A stretch of DNA of 64,000 nt from Macrostomum lignano (GCA_002269645.1 NIVC01001392.1:1-64000); one strand, 5' to 3'. Positions 1 to 12,985 are shown, numbered from the stretch's first letter. Notes: generated by a model not told the origin, from the sequence alone. Made by a program: numbers and translations.

Positions 1-1821
1 TGTATTGGATATTTTTATAGATTTTAGATACATATACAAATACAACTTTATATGTAGTATTTAATTTTACATGTAGAAAATTCACTTTAGGATTGTGTCT
101 TTCCTAATAATAAAAACTGTACATTATACAACTTGGCTATACTTCTGAAATAATTTAAGCTCTCTAATCTATTTAAATGCCAAATATCCAATTTAATAGC
201 TTTTTTACTACACTTTGTCACTGGATTGACTTTGCCAGATTGTCTGTCAGTGTCACCAGATTTTCCTGTGGTTGCCCAGGCCCAGGGATGGTGGAGCCTA
301 ATATTTTAGAGGGGCAACAGGTACAAGGCAAGGGGGCACAAGTACCTTTATAAGATGCTAATTGGGTCTAAAATTAGAAAAGCACTAAAATTACCACATG
401 AACTCATTTTCTGGGGGGACACATACCCCAGTGCCGCAAGCTCTTGCTGCCCATGCTGTCGCCACCAGCCACACTAGGAATCCTAGGATGCTAGATTGAC
501 TAGATACTAGGATAGGCTACCCCAGCAGAGGGAAAAAGAAAGATAGTAGAAAAGCAACAAAAAGAAAATTTTTACGCTGTTTGGGGGATACATCTTCCCT
601 TTCCTATACCCTGGTTTTCTCAGAGCAGAGCACTAGAAGATGCAGCAGAAAGTTACAAAAGAATAACAAAGATTAGGAAAGAAGTGAATCAAAGCAATAC
701 TTATGTGCTAGCAGTAAAATTCATAATTTTAATTCATTTAAATTTATAAGTAAGAATTTGTTGCGATGCCGCAGCCAATGATGAAATGATCGTGAATAGA
801 TTTTTTGAAAAATGCCTGTGACAGCTGTTTGTAGCTTTCAAAAATTTAAATATTTTTTAGAAGATTGGCTTTGCAAAGCTTAGAGCAAAATATGTTTTAC
901 TAGGTCAATGTTTTAGACAATTTATTTCAATGATGAATTAAAATGCAAAATCTTTTGTTTTTCGATTTGAAAGACTTTTTTTCATATTTAAGTTGGGTTG
1001 TATCTAAGAAAAAATTATCACTATATTTAATTCTTAAATACTTAGTCTGCTCTTCTCACGCCTTACCATGTTAAAATTTCGACTTGCACGTCTGTCTGCG
1101 TCTCGTCGACTATGCTAATTTTTTTTCTAATTACACTTACTCACTGCAAATCTGATAGTGTTTTGATACCATTCTATGTATGTTCTGTTTTAAATATTTA
1201 TTTTATATATAAAATTGAAAATGTAAATGATGTAGGCCTCAATTCAATAGTTATAACAAACTCATACATTAATAGTAAGTACTTTACCCAAGAAGCAAGT
1301 CTAAAAACAAGAAACAAGAAAAAAGCCTATTGTACTTTTGATCTTACTTTTTTTTGTTCTTAGCTTAGTTTAGTAAATTATTTAACATTTTTTAATTTTT
1401 ATCAATATTAAAATTGCACTATTTATCCTAATCTTTAGTCAAATATTTTATAATGTTTAACAAAATTTGGCTAATCTGATTTAAAACTTATATAGAATTT
1501 ATAAAAATGCATTCTACTATATCCTATATTTGTACTTTGGGAAAATATCAAATATTGCTTTTACTAAATTTGTCTAGAAGTTTGTCAATTATAAGTTTTT
1601 GAACATATTTAGCTCTAGATGTATTCAATTAGTAATGCTTTTGCTTAAGCCTATAGTTCTTTGTTGTTAAGTAAACTTCAGGTATAGTCAATATATATTA
1701 TATTCATATCATTATATAGTCTAGATTCACTCCTATTTGAGTTCATAAACAAATATTCTAAACTTATTTTTCTTCATGTGCCTTTGGGCAAAGCCTCTCC
1801 ACTTCTTTGATATTCTTTACA

Positions 1822-4800
1822 ATGGAGCTAGACAATGAATGCGAAATGGATGACTACCTATTGAATTGCGACCCAATTGACACTGATGAAATCATCTACT
1901 ACAATGACTCCCAGTCAGCAGCTGAGGCTGAGGCCAGCTTCCGCGGTCGCGCCTCTACCTGGGACCCCTCATTTAAACGTCGACAGCATGATGCTGCCGC
2001 AGCCGCTGCTGCAGCCGCTTCAGCGAGTCCATCCTCGTCATCGGCCACTACCGATGTTGCATTGTCGCTTGACGAGCCTGGGCCTAGTTATCTGCAGTCT
2101 GGCAGCCTCTTCAACTCTCAATTCGGCTCCGGCACTGCCAACTCGTCAACGTCTGCCGCTGCAGCGGCGGCCGCGGCTGTAGCTGCTGCACAGAAGCGAC
2201 GGAACGCTTGGGGCAACCAGAGCTACGCTGAGCTCATCACCCAGGCCATCCAATCCAGTCCGAATGGCCGGCTGACCCTGGCCGAGATCTACGACTGGAT
2301 GGTGCGTCACGTGCCCTACTTCACAGCCCGGAGTGATTCGGCAAGCTCGGCTGGTTGGAAGGTTTGTTAATGTGATATTGTGTCTGTGGGTAGTCATTGC
2401 AGTGATCTTGTGTCTGTGGGTAGGCATTGCAGTGATATTGTGTCTGTGGGTTGCCATGGCAGTGATCTTGTGTCTGTGGGTAGTCATTGCAGTGATCTTG
2501 TGTCTGTGGGTAGTCATTGCAGTGATCTTGTGTCTGTGGGTAGGCATTGCAGTGATCTTATCTCTGTGAGTAGCCATTGCAGTGATATTGTGTCTGTGGG
2601 TAGCCATTGCAGTGATCTTGTGTCTGTGGGTAGTCATTGCAGTGATCTTATCTCTGTGGGTAGCCATTGCAGTGATCTTGTGTCTGTGGGTAGTCATTGC
2701 AGTGATCTTGTGTCTGTGGGTAGGCATAGCAGTGATATTGTGTCTGTGGGTAGGCATTGCAGTGATCTTGTGTCTGTAGGTAGGCATAGCAGTGATCTTG
2801 TGTCTGTGGGTAGGCATTGCAGTGATCTTGTGTCTGTGGGTAGTCATTGCAGTGATCTTGTGTCTGTGGGTAGGCATTGCAGTGATCTTGTGTCTGTGGG
2901 TAGGCATAGCAGTGATATTGTGTCTGTGGGTAGGCATTGCAGTGATCTTGTGTCTGTAGGTAGGCATAGCAGTGATCTTGTGTCTGTGGGTAGGCATAGC
3001 AGTGATATTGTGTCTGTGGGTAGGCATTGCAGTGATCTTGTGTCTGTGGGTAGGCATAGCAGTGATATTGTGTCTGTGGGTAGGCATTGCAGTGATCTTG
3101 TGTCTGTAGGTAGGCATAGCAGTGATCTTGTGTCTGTGGGTAGGTACTGCAGTGAACTTTAGCCAATTATATTTTGTGAGAATAAAGACAATAAAAGACA
3201 CTAACATGGTTTCTTGCTTTATTGCTGAGCAGCAAACTCTAGCTAATCTACTGGCTCAAGTTCTAATAGCTACACAGGAGCGATGGCACCAGTTGTACTA
3301 AATTGTTGCAGAGCGCGCCACTTAATGTTCTGTCTCTTCGCAGCCGAGTTCCAATAAGTTGCCCAGGCTTGGATAATTTCTCACTCTCACCCCTACAGCC
3401 AAACTCGTTGCAATTTCCTCTGCTCAGTTGCTTCCAACCGCCCCCCCCCCAGTCCCTTCCTTTTGGGTAATTGAAACGTTTAAATAAAATTGCTGGCTGC
3501 GCCAAGGCTTCTGGGGAAATGCATAAAATCTTGAATAATTCAAATTGCCCGAACCCAGCTTCTGTGTCTTGAGGCGTTGGAGGATTTTTATTTAGAAAGT
3601 TGTTATTTTCAATTTCCGCTAGCAAATTGCAGCTCAGCTGTTTCGAAAAATTCTGCTTTTGGTACAGCGACAAATTCGATTTCGATATGGTTTTAATAGA
3701 ATCGAAATGTACTCGAACAAACCGCGATCCAAAACTGTTGCAATAATTATGCAACTAATTTTCATAAACAATTCATTAAGCGCATCATTTTATTTAATTA
3801 CAATATGGAATATTTTCAAAATTACCGCTTTCTGAAATTCGGAGCTTCATTTCTGAAATTCGGAGCTTCATTCTTAAATTCGGCACTTTATTTCTGAAAT
3901 TCGGAGCTTCATTTCTTAAATTCGGAGCTTCATTCTGAAATTCGGAGCTTCATTTCTTAAATTCAGAGCTTCATTCTGAAATTCAGAGCTTCATTTCTTA
4001 AATTCGGAGCTTCATTCTGAAATTCGGAGCTTCATTTCTTAAATTCGGAGCTTCATTCTGAAATTCGGAGCTTCATTTCTTAAATTTGGAGCTTCATTCT
4101 TAAATTCGGCACTTCATTTCTTAAATTCGGAGATTCATTTCTTAAATTCGGAGCTTCATTTCTGAAATTCAGGGCTTCATTTCTAAAATTCGGAACTTCA
4201 TTTCTGAAATTCGGAGCTTCATTTCTCAATCTCAGGGCTTCATTTCTAAAATTCGGAGCTTCATTTCTGAAATTCAGGGCTTCATTTCTGAAATTCAGGG
4301 CTTCATTTCTGGAATTCGGTGCTTCATTTCTAAAATTCGGAACTTCATTTCTGAAATTCGGAGCTTCATTTCTCAATCTCAGGGCTTCATTTCTAAAATT
4401 CGGAGCTTCATTTCTGAAATTCAGGGCTTCATTTCTGAAATTCAGGGCTTCATTTCTGAAATTCGGAGCTTCATTTCTGAAATTCAGAGCTTCATTTCTG
4501 AAATTCAGCGCTTCATTTCTGAAATTCAGGGCTTTATTTCTTAAATTCAGGGCTTCATTTCTGAAATTCGGAGCTTCATTTCTAAAATTCAGAGCTTCAT
4601 TTCTGAAATTCGGAGCTTCATTTCTGAAATTCAGAGCTTCATTTCTGAAATTCAGCGCTTCATTTCTGAAATTCAGGGCTTCATTTCTTAAATTCAGGGC
4701 TTCATTTCTGAAATTCGGAGCTTCATTTCTGAAATTCAGGGCTTCATTTCTGAAATTCGGAGCTTCATTTCTGAAATTCAGAGCTTCATTTCTGAAATTC

Positions 4801-7800
4801 AGCGCTTCATTTCTGAAATTCAGGGCTTCATTTCTGAAATTCGGAGCTTCATTTCTGAAATTCAGGGCTTCATTTCTGGAATTCGGTGCTTCATTTCTAA
4901 AATTCGGAACTTCATTTCTGAAATTCGGAGGTTCATTTCTCAATCTCAGGGCTTCATTTCTAAAATTCGGTGCTTCATTTCTGAAATTCAGGGCTTCATT
5001 TCTGAAATTCGGAGCTTCATTTCTTCATTTTGCATTTTGCTGCACTCTACTGGAGCTGTACTTTAGACGCCATTTCCTTATTATTTCCTAATCCTCGTTT
5101 TTCGGCATCAAGCAGGGGCCGGCGAATATCTGTGACGTGCGTGTCGTGCACTTCTAGCAGTCAGCTGCTAATTAATTCACTCAATTCCATTCTGACGTCA
5201 TTAACGGCTGTTCGCTTCGCTTCGCTAGGCAAAGAGATTAATTCATTTCTATTCAGTCCAAAGTTCAAAGGCTGATCACAGAAGATTGTTCAAATTTTCA
5301 TCTCGGAGAGAAGCTTGCTAATGCGACAAGACGTTTCAAGGCTAAGCCTGTCAGTCCACCTGTCCGCTAAGTTTACAGCATCTGTCAGTCCACCTGTCTG
5401 CTGTGTTTACAGCATCTGTCAGCTCACCTGTCTGCTGTGTCTACAGCATCCGTCAGCTAATCTGTCTGCTGTGTTTACAGCATCTGTCAGCTCACATGTC
5501 TGCTGTGTTTACAGCATCTGTCAGCTCACCTGTCTGCTGTGTTTACAGCATCTGTCAGTCCACCTGTCTGCTGTGTTTACAGCATCTGTCAGCTCACCTG
5601 TCTGCTGTGTTTACAGCATCTGTCAGTCCACCTGTCTGCTGTGTTTACAGCATCTGTCAGCTCACCTGTCTGCTGTGTTTACAGCATCTGTCAGTCCACC
5701 TGTCTGCTGTGTTTACAGCATCTGTCAGCTCACCTGTCTGCTGTGTCTACAGCATCCGTCAGCTAATCTGTCTGCTGTGTTTACAGCATCTGTCAGATTA
5801 CCTGTCTGCTGTGTTTACAGCATCTGTCAGCTCACCTAACTGCTGTGTTTACAGCATCTGTCAGCTCACCTAACTGCTGTGTTTACAGCATCTGTCAGCT
5901 CACATGTCTGCTGTGTTTACAGCATCTGTCAGCTCACCTGTCTGCTGTGTTTACAGCATCTGTCAGCTCACCTGTCTGCTGTGTCTACAGCATCCGTCAG
6001 CTAATCTGTCTGCTGTGTTTACAGCATCTGTCAGATTACCTGTCTGCTGTGTTTACAGCATCTGTCAGCTCACCTAACTGCTGTGTTTACAGCATCTGTC
6101 AGCTCACCTAACTGCTGTGTTTACAGCATCTGTCAGCTCACATGTCTGCTGTGTTTACAGCATCTGTCAGCTCACCTGTCTGCTGTGTTTACAGCATCTG
6201 TCAGCTCACATGTCTGCTGTGTTTACAGCATCTGTCAGCTCACCTGTCTGCTGTGTTTACAGCATCCGTCAGCTAATCTGTCTGCTGTGTTTACAGCATC
6301 TGTCAGTCCACTTGTCTGCTGTGTTCCAACATCTTTCGGCAGACCGTTGCTGCGACTGTTTTAGATGTTTTTTGCAGCCAGATTCATCCGATTTAGACAG
6401 TGTCTGCTGCTTACGAGTACTGCGCCAATTAAACCATTCCGCATCCGTCCTTCTGCACCTGCGATTAAATCCTTTGATTTTAAGTCAAGCGATTAAGCAA
6501 TTGCTGCGCCCATCTGCTTTTTTCGTTGCGCAACTGGGTGAAATTTTTAGCATATTCTTTTCTTTGCCAAATAGCCTTTCACGTCACTCTTTAGGCCTTG
6601 AAAACCTGAACAAATTCTGCTTGGCCATGGTTTTCAGTCCCAGTTCTATTTTTTATTGAATATTAATATTCTGTATGATAAGCTTGTTAGTTCAACTCGA
6701 ATAGCTTATGAATAAATAAGTGTCAGTGCGTCTGCAGCTTTTGTTAATAAATCCAGATGGTTAGAAATTGGTTCCAGTAGTTTAAAATTAGTCATAATTA
6801 CATGTAGCTGAGTCCCAATCTCCTGTATCTGAGTCCCAATCTCCTGTATCTGAGTACCAATCTCCTGTATCTGAGTCCCAATCTCCTGTATCTGAGTCCC
6901 AATCTCCTGTATCTGAGTCCCAATCTCCTGTATCTGAGTCCCAATCTCCTGTATCTGAGTCCCAATCTCCTGTATCTTAGTCCCAATCTCCTGCATCTGA
7001 GTCCCAATCTCCTGTATCTGAGTCCCAATCTCCTGTATCTGAGTCCCAATCTCCTGTATCTGAGTACCAATCTCCTGTATCTGAGTCCCAATCTCCTGTA
7101 TCTGAGTCCCAATCTCCTGTATTTGAGTACCAATCTCCTGTATCTAAGTCCCAATCTTCTGTATCTGAGTCCCAATCTCTTGTATCTGAGTCCCAATCTC
7201 CTGTATCTGAGTCCCAATCTCCTGTATCTGAGTCCCAATCTCCTGTATCTTAGTCCCAATCTCCTGCATCTGAGTCCCAATCTCCTGTATCTGAGTCCCA
7301 ATCTCCTGTATCTGAGTCCCAATCTCCTGTATCTGAGTCCCAATCTCCTGTATCTGAGTCCCAATCTCCTGTATCTGAGTCCCAATCTCCTGTATCTGAG
7401 TACCAATCTCCTGTATCTGAGTCCCAATCTCCTGTATCTGAGTCCCAATCTCCTGTATTTGAGTACCAATCTCCTGTATCTAAGTCCCAATCTTCTGTAT
7501 CTGAGTCCCAATCTCTTGTATCTGAGTCCCAATCTCCTGTATCTGAGTCCCAATCTCCTGTATCTGAGTCCCAATCTCCTGTATCTTAGTCCCAATCTCC
7601 TGCATCTGAGTCCCAATCTCCTGTATCTGAGTCCCAATCTCCTGTATCTGAGTCCCAATCTCCTGTATCTGAGTCCCAATCTCCTGTATCTGAGTCCCAA
7701 TCTCCTGTATCTGAGTCCCAATCTCCTGTATCTGAGTACCAATCTCCTGTATCTGAGTCCCAATCTCCTGTATCTGAGTCCCAATCTCCTGTATTTGAGT

Positions 7801-9804
7801 ACCAATCTCCTGTATCTAAGTCCCAATCTTCTGTATCTGAGTCCCAATCTCTTGTATCTGAGTCCCAATCTCCTGTATCTGAGTCCCAATCTCCTGTATC
7901 TGAGTCCCAATCTCCTGTATCTTAGTCCCAATCTCCTGCATCTGAGTCCCAATCTCCTGTATCTGAGTCCCAATCTCCTGTATCTGAGTCCCAATCTCCT
8001 GTATCTGAGTCCCAATCTCCTGTATCTGAGTCCCAATCTCCTGTATCTGAGTCCCAATCTCCTGTATTTGAGTCCCAATCTCCTGTATCTGAGTACCAAT
8101 CTCCTGTATCTGAGTCCCAATCTCCTGTATCTGAGTCCCAATCTCCTGCATCTGAGTCCCAATCTCCTGTATCTGAGTCCCAATCTCCTGTATCTGAGTC
8201 CCAATCTCCTGTATCTGAGTACCAATCTCCTGTATCTGAGTCCCAATCTCCTGTATCTGAGTCCCAATCTCCTGTATTTGAGTACCAATCTCCTGTATCT
8301 AAGTCCCAATCTTCTGTATCTGAGTCCCAATCTCTTGTATCTGAGTCCCAATCTCCTGTATCTGAGTCCCAATCTCCTGTATCTGAGTCCCAATCTCCTG
8401 TATCTTAGTCCCAATCTCCTGCATCTGAGTCCCAATCTCCTGTATCTGAGTCCCAATCTCCTGTATCTGAGTCCCAATCTCCTGTATCTGAGTCCCAATC
8501 TCCTGTATCTGAGTCCCAATCTCCTGTATCTGAGTCCCAATCTCCTGTATCTGAGTACCAATCTCCTGTATCTGAGTCCCAATCTCCTGTATCTGAGTCC
8601 CAATCTCCTGTATTTGAGTACCAATCTCCTGTATCTAAGTCCCAATCTTCTGTATCTGAGTCCCAATCTCTTGTATCTGAGTCCCAATCTCCTGTATCTG
8701 AGTCCCAATCTCCTGTATCTGAGTCCCAATCTCCTGTATCTTAGTCCCAATCTCCTGCATCTGAGTCCCAATCTCCTGTATCTGAGTCCCAATCTCCTGT
8801 ATCTGAGTCCCAATCTCCTGTATCTGAGTCCCAATCTCCTGTATCTGAGTCCCAATAATCTCTACCTGAGTCCCGATCGACTGTATCTGAGTCGGATCGC
8901 TTGTCCTGGAAGCCTAATGATCTGCAACCAGGCAAGCTATTATTATTAAAGCAGCCGCCGCCCTCCACCCGACACTCCGCAGAACTCCGTCCGCCACAAT
9001 CTATCGTTGCACAACAAATTCGTCCGCGTACAAAACGACCAATCGGGCAAATCCTCCTATTGGACCATCAATCACGAGATCCGCGATCGGGCCAGCTACC
9101 GGCGGCGGGCGGCCACGGCCGAGACGCGAAGCGGTGAACTGCTGCACAAACGGCAGCTGGCGCTGGCCAAGCAGCGCGCTCGTACGGCTGCTGCGGCCGC
9201 CGCCGCCGCCTCCTCCGCCGTCGGGGCTTTCAGCGAGGCTTCTCCGCCGCCGCCGCCGAAGCAGCAGCAGCAGCAGCAGCACCGGGCGCCAAGCGCCGCG
9301 CCTCTGTCGGCACCCGCCACTCCGATGCAGCGTCCGCCCATGCCGCGCACCCTCAGCGTCACCGAGGTTATCCGGGACCTGGTGCCGCCCGAACAGCTGC
9401 TGGACCATTCGCGCACCACCGAGGACCTGCTGCTGGAGTCGCTGACAGATGCCGTCCTGCAGGAGGCCTGTCCGGAGATTGAGCAGCAGCAGCAGATGCC
9501 TATGCAGGAGCTCGCTAACCAGCTCAATCAGCTGTCCTGTCGCCAGCAACTAAGCGACTCATCCATTGTCTCTCCACAGCTGCCGCCTCAGCCTCAGCCT
9601 CCTCAATTGCTTCATCAGCAGTACCAGCATCAGCTGCATCGGCAGAGCAGCGCATCGGCTGGCATGTGGTTTAACAGCGATCTTGGGCTGCCTGACATTC
9701 AGGAAGCAGCCGAGCAGCCGTCTAGCAGCGGCGGCTGCTGCAACGGCGGTCAGCCTCAACAGCTCCGGGCGCCTCGTCGCAGTTGCAACAATACGACCTG
9801 TTGA
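1822..9804 (+). CDS. foxo: FoxO forkhead transcription factor; exon 1 1822-2361, exon 2 8983-9804 (about 453 aa as assembled)
   Basis: Exon 1 encodes the N-terminal Akt motif RGRASTW and the forkhead start [33 protein letters not shown]...SSAGWK, followed by a GT donor at 2362. Exon 2 follows CAG at 8980-8982 and begins [18 protein letters not shown]...KSSYWTIN, then the second Akt motif RRRAAT. The phase-0 intron after GWK is the canonical FoxO intron position. The C-terminus is Ala/Gln/Pro rich. Confidence 0.96.
2371..3155. repeat. 30-bp minisatellite (GCAGTGATCTTGTGTCTGTGGGTAGKCATT), ~26 copies, FoxO intron
   Basis: Period of 30 visible directly. It starts about 9 nt after the exon 1 donor and explains ORFs 2146-3207, 2380-3162 and 2648-3166. 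Confidence 0.97.
3826..5025. repeat. 21-bp minisatellite (GCTTCATTTCTGAAATTCGGA), ~57 copies, FoxO intron
   Basis: Tandem 20-21 bp units with the internal dyad ATTTC-T-GAAAT; explains ORF 4080-4943. Confidence 0.96.
5347..6325. repeat. 34-bp minisatellite (CTGTCTGCTGTGTTTACAGCATCTGTCAGCTCAC), ~29 copies, FoxO intron
   Basis: Period of 34. The unit contains TGTTTACA and a small TGCTGT/ACAGCA stem. Confidence 0.96.
6806..8892. repeat. 21-bp minisatellite (CTGAGTCCCAATCTCCTGTAT), ~99 copies with 336-bp higher-order repeat, FoxO intron
   Basis: Period of 21. A variant block recurs at 7121, 7457, 7793, 8276 and 8612. Explains ORFs 6798-8855 and 7123-8949. Confidence 0.97.
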
Positions 9805-9934
9805 TGGAGGAGTTTGCCTAGGCTGCTGTTCGGTTTGTCCAGTTAATGACGCTACGTGTGAGCAGCAGCCTAAGATGGGGTCGTATTCAGTTACTTTACC
9901 TTACGCCTAATTAGGCGTAAATTTCTTTATTTGA

Positions 9935-10167
9935 GGGTCTTGTAGCCTCGAGTGGTTTAAGCGTCGGACTCACGACTGAAAGGTTGGTCGGGGGTTCGAT
10001 TCTCGACCCATCTTGAACAATTTGGGTCCTTGAGCAAGTCACTTAACTCTGCAGTGCTTCAGTTTACCCAGGGCAATTGAGGGGGTGTGTGGCGACCCCC
10101 CAGTCCTTGGGCTGAACAGCCGTACGCAGCCTTCAGATGCGCCGCGCAATAGCTGCGGCTGAGCTGC
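9935..10167 (+). mobile_element. tRNA-derived CORE-type SINE, copy 1
   Basis: Head TAGCCTCGAGTGG (A-box-like) and GGTTCGATTC (B-box, 9993-10002). The centre CCTTGAGCAAGTCACTTAAC...CTTCAGTTT resembles the MIR/CORE domain. The 3' part is near-identical to the copies at 49572 and 60675. Confidence 0.8.
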
Positions 10168-10695
10168 CGGTTGCACACCTGCCCCTAATCATTAAAGTTT
10201 AGAGACAGTCTCTTAGAGGTCAGCGGAGCTAACTAACTGTTGTTGAAGTGTTGAATAACCTGACGGCCTCTGCCGCTGCTGGTCCTTGTAGCTTCGATAT
10301 CGCACTTGGCATCGGGACTGTTGATGCACTCTCTGGCAGTTATAAATATCTGTTATATTTTGTTCATTCTTTTCCTTTTCCAGCTTTCTGTGTCTGCGCA
10401 AATTATTTTAGAACCTCTGAAGATTTGTGTCATTTTCCTGCTTTTCTTGATGCGCTAAACCAAAGCATTGTTCCCGCGTTTTTTACCTGTGAATCAATCA
10501 TTTCTATTTAAGTCTTTATTTGTCTTACTGTGCGGCAAACAGGGGGCAACAGCCTCTCTCGGCATCCTTCTCAGTGCAGCTGCGGCGCTTTGTCTGGTGT
10601 TTTGTATGTTATTAGTAGTTTTGTGACGGCTTTATTAGAGGATTTTCTTAAAAATCATTGATTTCCATAGATTAATATTTATTAGATAAAGATAA

Positions 10696-10696
<1 letters not shown>

Positions 10697-10751
<55 letters not shown>

Positions 10752-10782
10752 TAGTGTCTGTCTGTCTGTCTGTCTGTCTTAG

Positions 10783-10815
<33 letters not shown>

Positions 10816-10834
10816 TAGTGTCTGTCTGTCTTAG

Positions 10835-10875
<41 letters not shown>

Positions 10876-10918
10876 TAGTGTCTGTCTGTCTTAGTGTCTG
10901 TCTGTCTGTCTGTCTTAG

Positions 10919-10955
<37 letters not shown>

Positions 10956-10998
10956 GCCTGTCTGTCTGTCTGTCTGTCTGTCTGTGTGTCTGTCTGCC

Positions 10999-11039
<41 letters not shown>

Positions 11040-11042
11040 GCC

Positions 11043-11135
<93 letters not shown>

Positions 11136-11138
11136 GCC

Positions 11139-11185
<47 letters not shown>
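10697..11185. repeat. (TCTG)n microsatellite with TCTTAGTG interruptions
   Basis: Tetranucleotide run seen directly. Confidence 0.98.
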
Positions 11186-11186
<1 letters not shown>

Positions 11187-11558
11187 CCTGGCCCCACTCT
11201 ACATGACTTGAATAATTTTCCTTTTCTTACTTGTACATGTAGTTATGTGCTGTTTGTTGTTTACAAATGTCATATTGTTCTAGTGGATTTTTAATTATCA
11301 GGAGCTATTGACTGAGCTGTTTTATGTGCAGATTAATTTGACATAAAAGTGGGGTTTTCTTGTCCTGTGTCGGCGTGGCTCTGCGTCATTCTTAGTTTTA
11401 TTTTTTTACACTTTTAATTATCGTTAAGTAGTGTAGAATTTCACTGTGCTTCTGTTGGCTAAAATGTATTGTTTTAAAGTAAAATCCGCAGATATATTTT
11501 TACTGCAGTTCTTGACTGGATCATTTAGTAGCAACCAATGCTGGCATTAGCTGATCTC

Positions 11559-12482
11559 TCCCTCTGCTACCTTCTCACACCCTCTGCTACCTTCTTACAC
11601 CCTCTACTACCTTCTCACACCCTCTGCTACCTTCTCACACCCTCTGCTACCTTCTCACACCCTCTACTACCTTCTCACACCCTCTGCTACCTTCTCACAC
11701 CCTCTGCTACCTTCTCACACCCTGCTACCTTCTCACACCATCTGCTACCTTCTCACACCCTCTGCTACCTTCTCACCCTCTGCTACCTTCTCACACCCTC
11801 TGCTACCTTCTCACACCCTGCTACCTTCTCACACCATCTGCTACCTTCTCACACCCTCTGCTACCTTCTCACACCCTCTGCTACCTTCTCACACCCTCTG
11901 CTACCTTCTCACCCTCTGCTACCTTCTCACACCCTCTGCTACCTTCTCACACCCTCTGCTACCTTCTCACACCCTCTGCTACCTTCTCACCCTCTGCTAC
12001 CTTCTCACACCCTCTGCTACCTTCTCACACCCTCTACTACCTTCTCACACCCTCTGCTACCTTCTCACACCCTCTGCTACCTTCTCACACCATCTGCTAC
12101 CTTCTCACACCCTCTGCTACCTTCTCACACCCTCTGCTACCTTCTCACACCCTCTGCTACCTTCTCACACCCTCTGCTACCTTCTCACACCCTCTGCTAC
12201 CTTCTCACACCCTCTGCTACCTTCTCACCCTCTGCTACCTTCTCACACCCTCTGCTACCTTCTCACACCCTCTACTACCTTCTCACACCCTCTGCTACCT
12301 TCTCACACCCTCTGCTACCTTCTCACACCCTCTGCTACCTTCTCACACCCTCTGCTACCTTCTCACCCTCTGCTACCTTCTCACACCCTCTGCTACCTTC
12401 TCACACCCTCTGCTACCTTCTCACACCCTCTGCTACCTTCTCACCCTCTGCTACCTTCTCACACCCTCTGCTACCTTCTCAC
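11559..12482. repeat. 20-bp minisatellite (CTCTGCTACCTTCTCACACC), ~46 copies
   Basis: Period of 20 with occasional 18-bp units; explains ORF 11538-12497. Confidence 0.96.
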
Positions 12483-12985
12483 ATCCTCTATCGGTGACAG
12501 CAGTTAATAAGAACTCCTTGAAAAAAATTTCAATGTCATCAAATCTCAGAAATTCGTGTTGTTGGTGAGCCCGCCTCAATCCGCCTATCTAATATTTGGT
12601 TTCGAAATGCTAACTGTCTCACTATTTTTGGACTAATTCTTCTGTGTAGAAAAATATACTTACTTTTGGAACATTTTCTCCAATATTTTCCGTTGCCATT
12701 ATTTTGTATTTTTAGTGTACCTCATTCTGGTTCAGTTGAGAGTTAGCTGTCTTATCTGTGTTAATTATTCCATCCACGCTTCTATTGTCTTGCAGATCTT
12801 TGTGTCACTATTATAAATAGAACATCGTGTTATATTTGCTTTTATTATAGAATTTTAATTAATTTTTCATTCAAGGGTATATCTAGATCGAAACAATACA
12901 TATGAGATTATTGTGAGTTCATGAGATTACTTAAAATTTAAAAGCGTTAAAATTGTTTCAGTTCTTTGAGAATTCAGGATATTTA

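Noticed and set aside
2146-8949. ORFs in the FoxO intron (353, 260, 287, 685, 608 aa and others)
   Set aside because: They are translations of the 30-, 21-, 34- and 21-bp minisatellites inside a canonical FoxO intron.
9001-9759. Antisense and alternative-frame ORFs over FoxO exon 2
   Set aside because: Shadows of a GC-rich, CAG/GCC-rich coding exon.
9935-10010. Functional tRNA genes at the SINE heads (also at about 49790 and 60900)
   Set aside because: There is no closed acceptor stem or cloverleaf, and they run directly into a shared SINE body.
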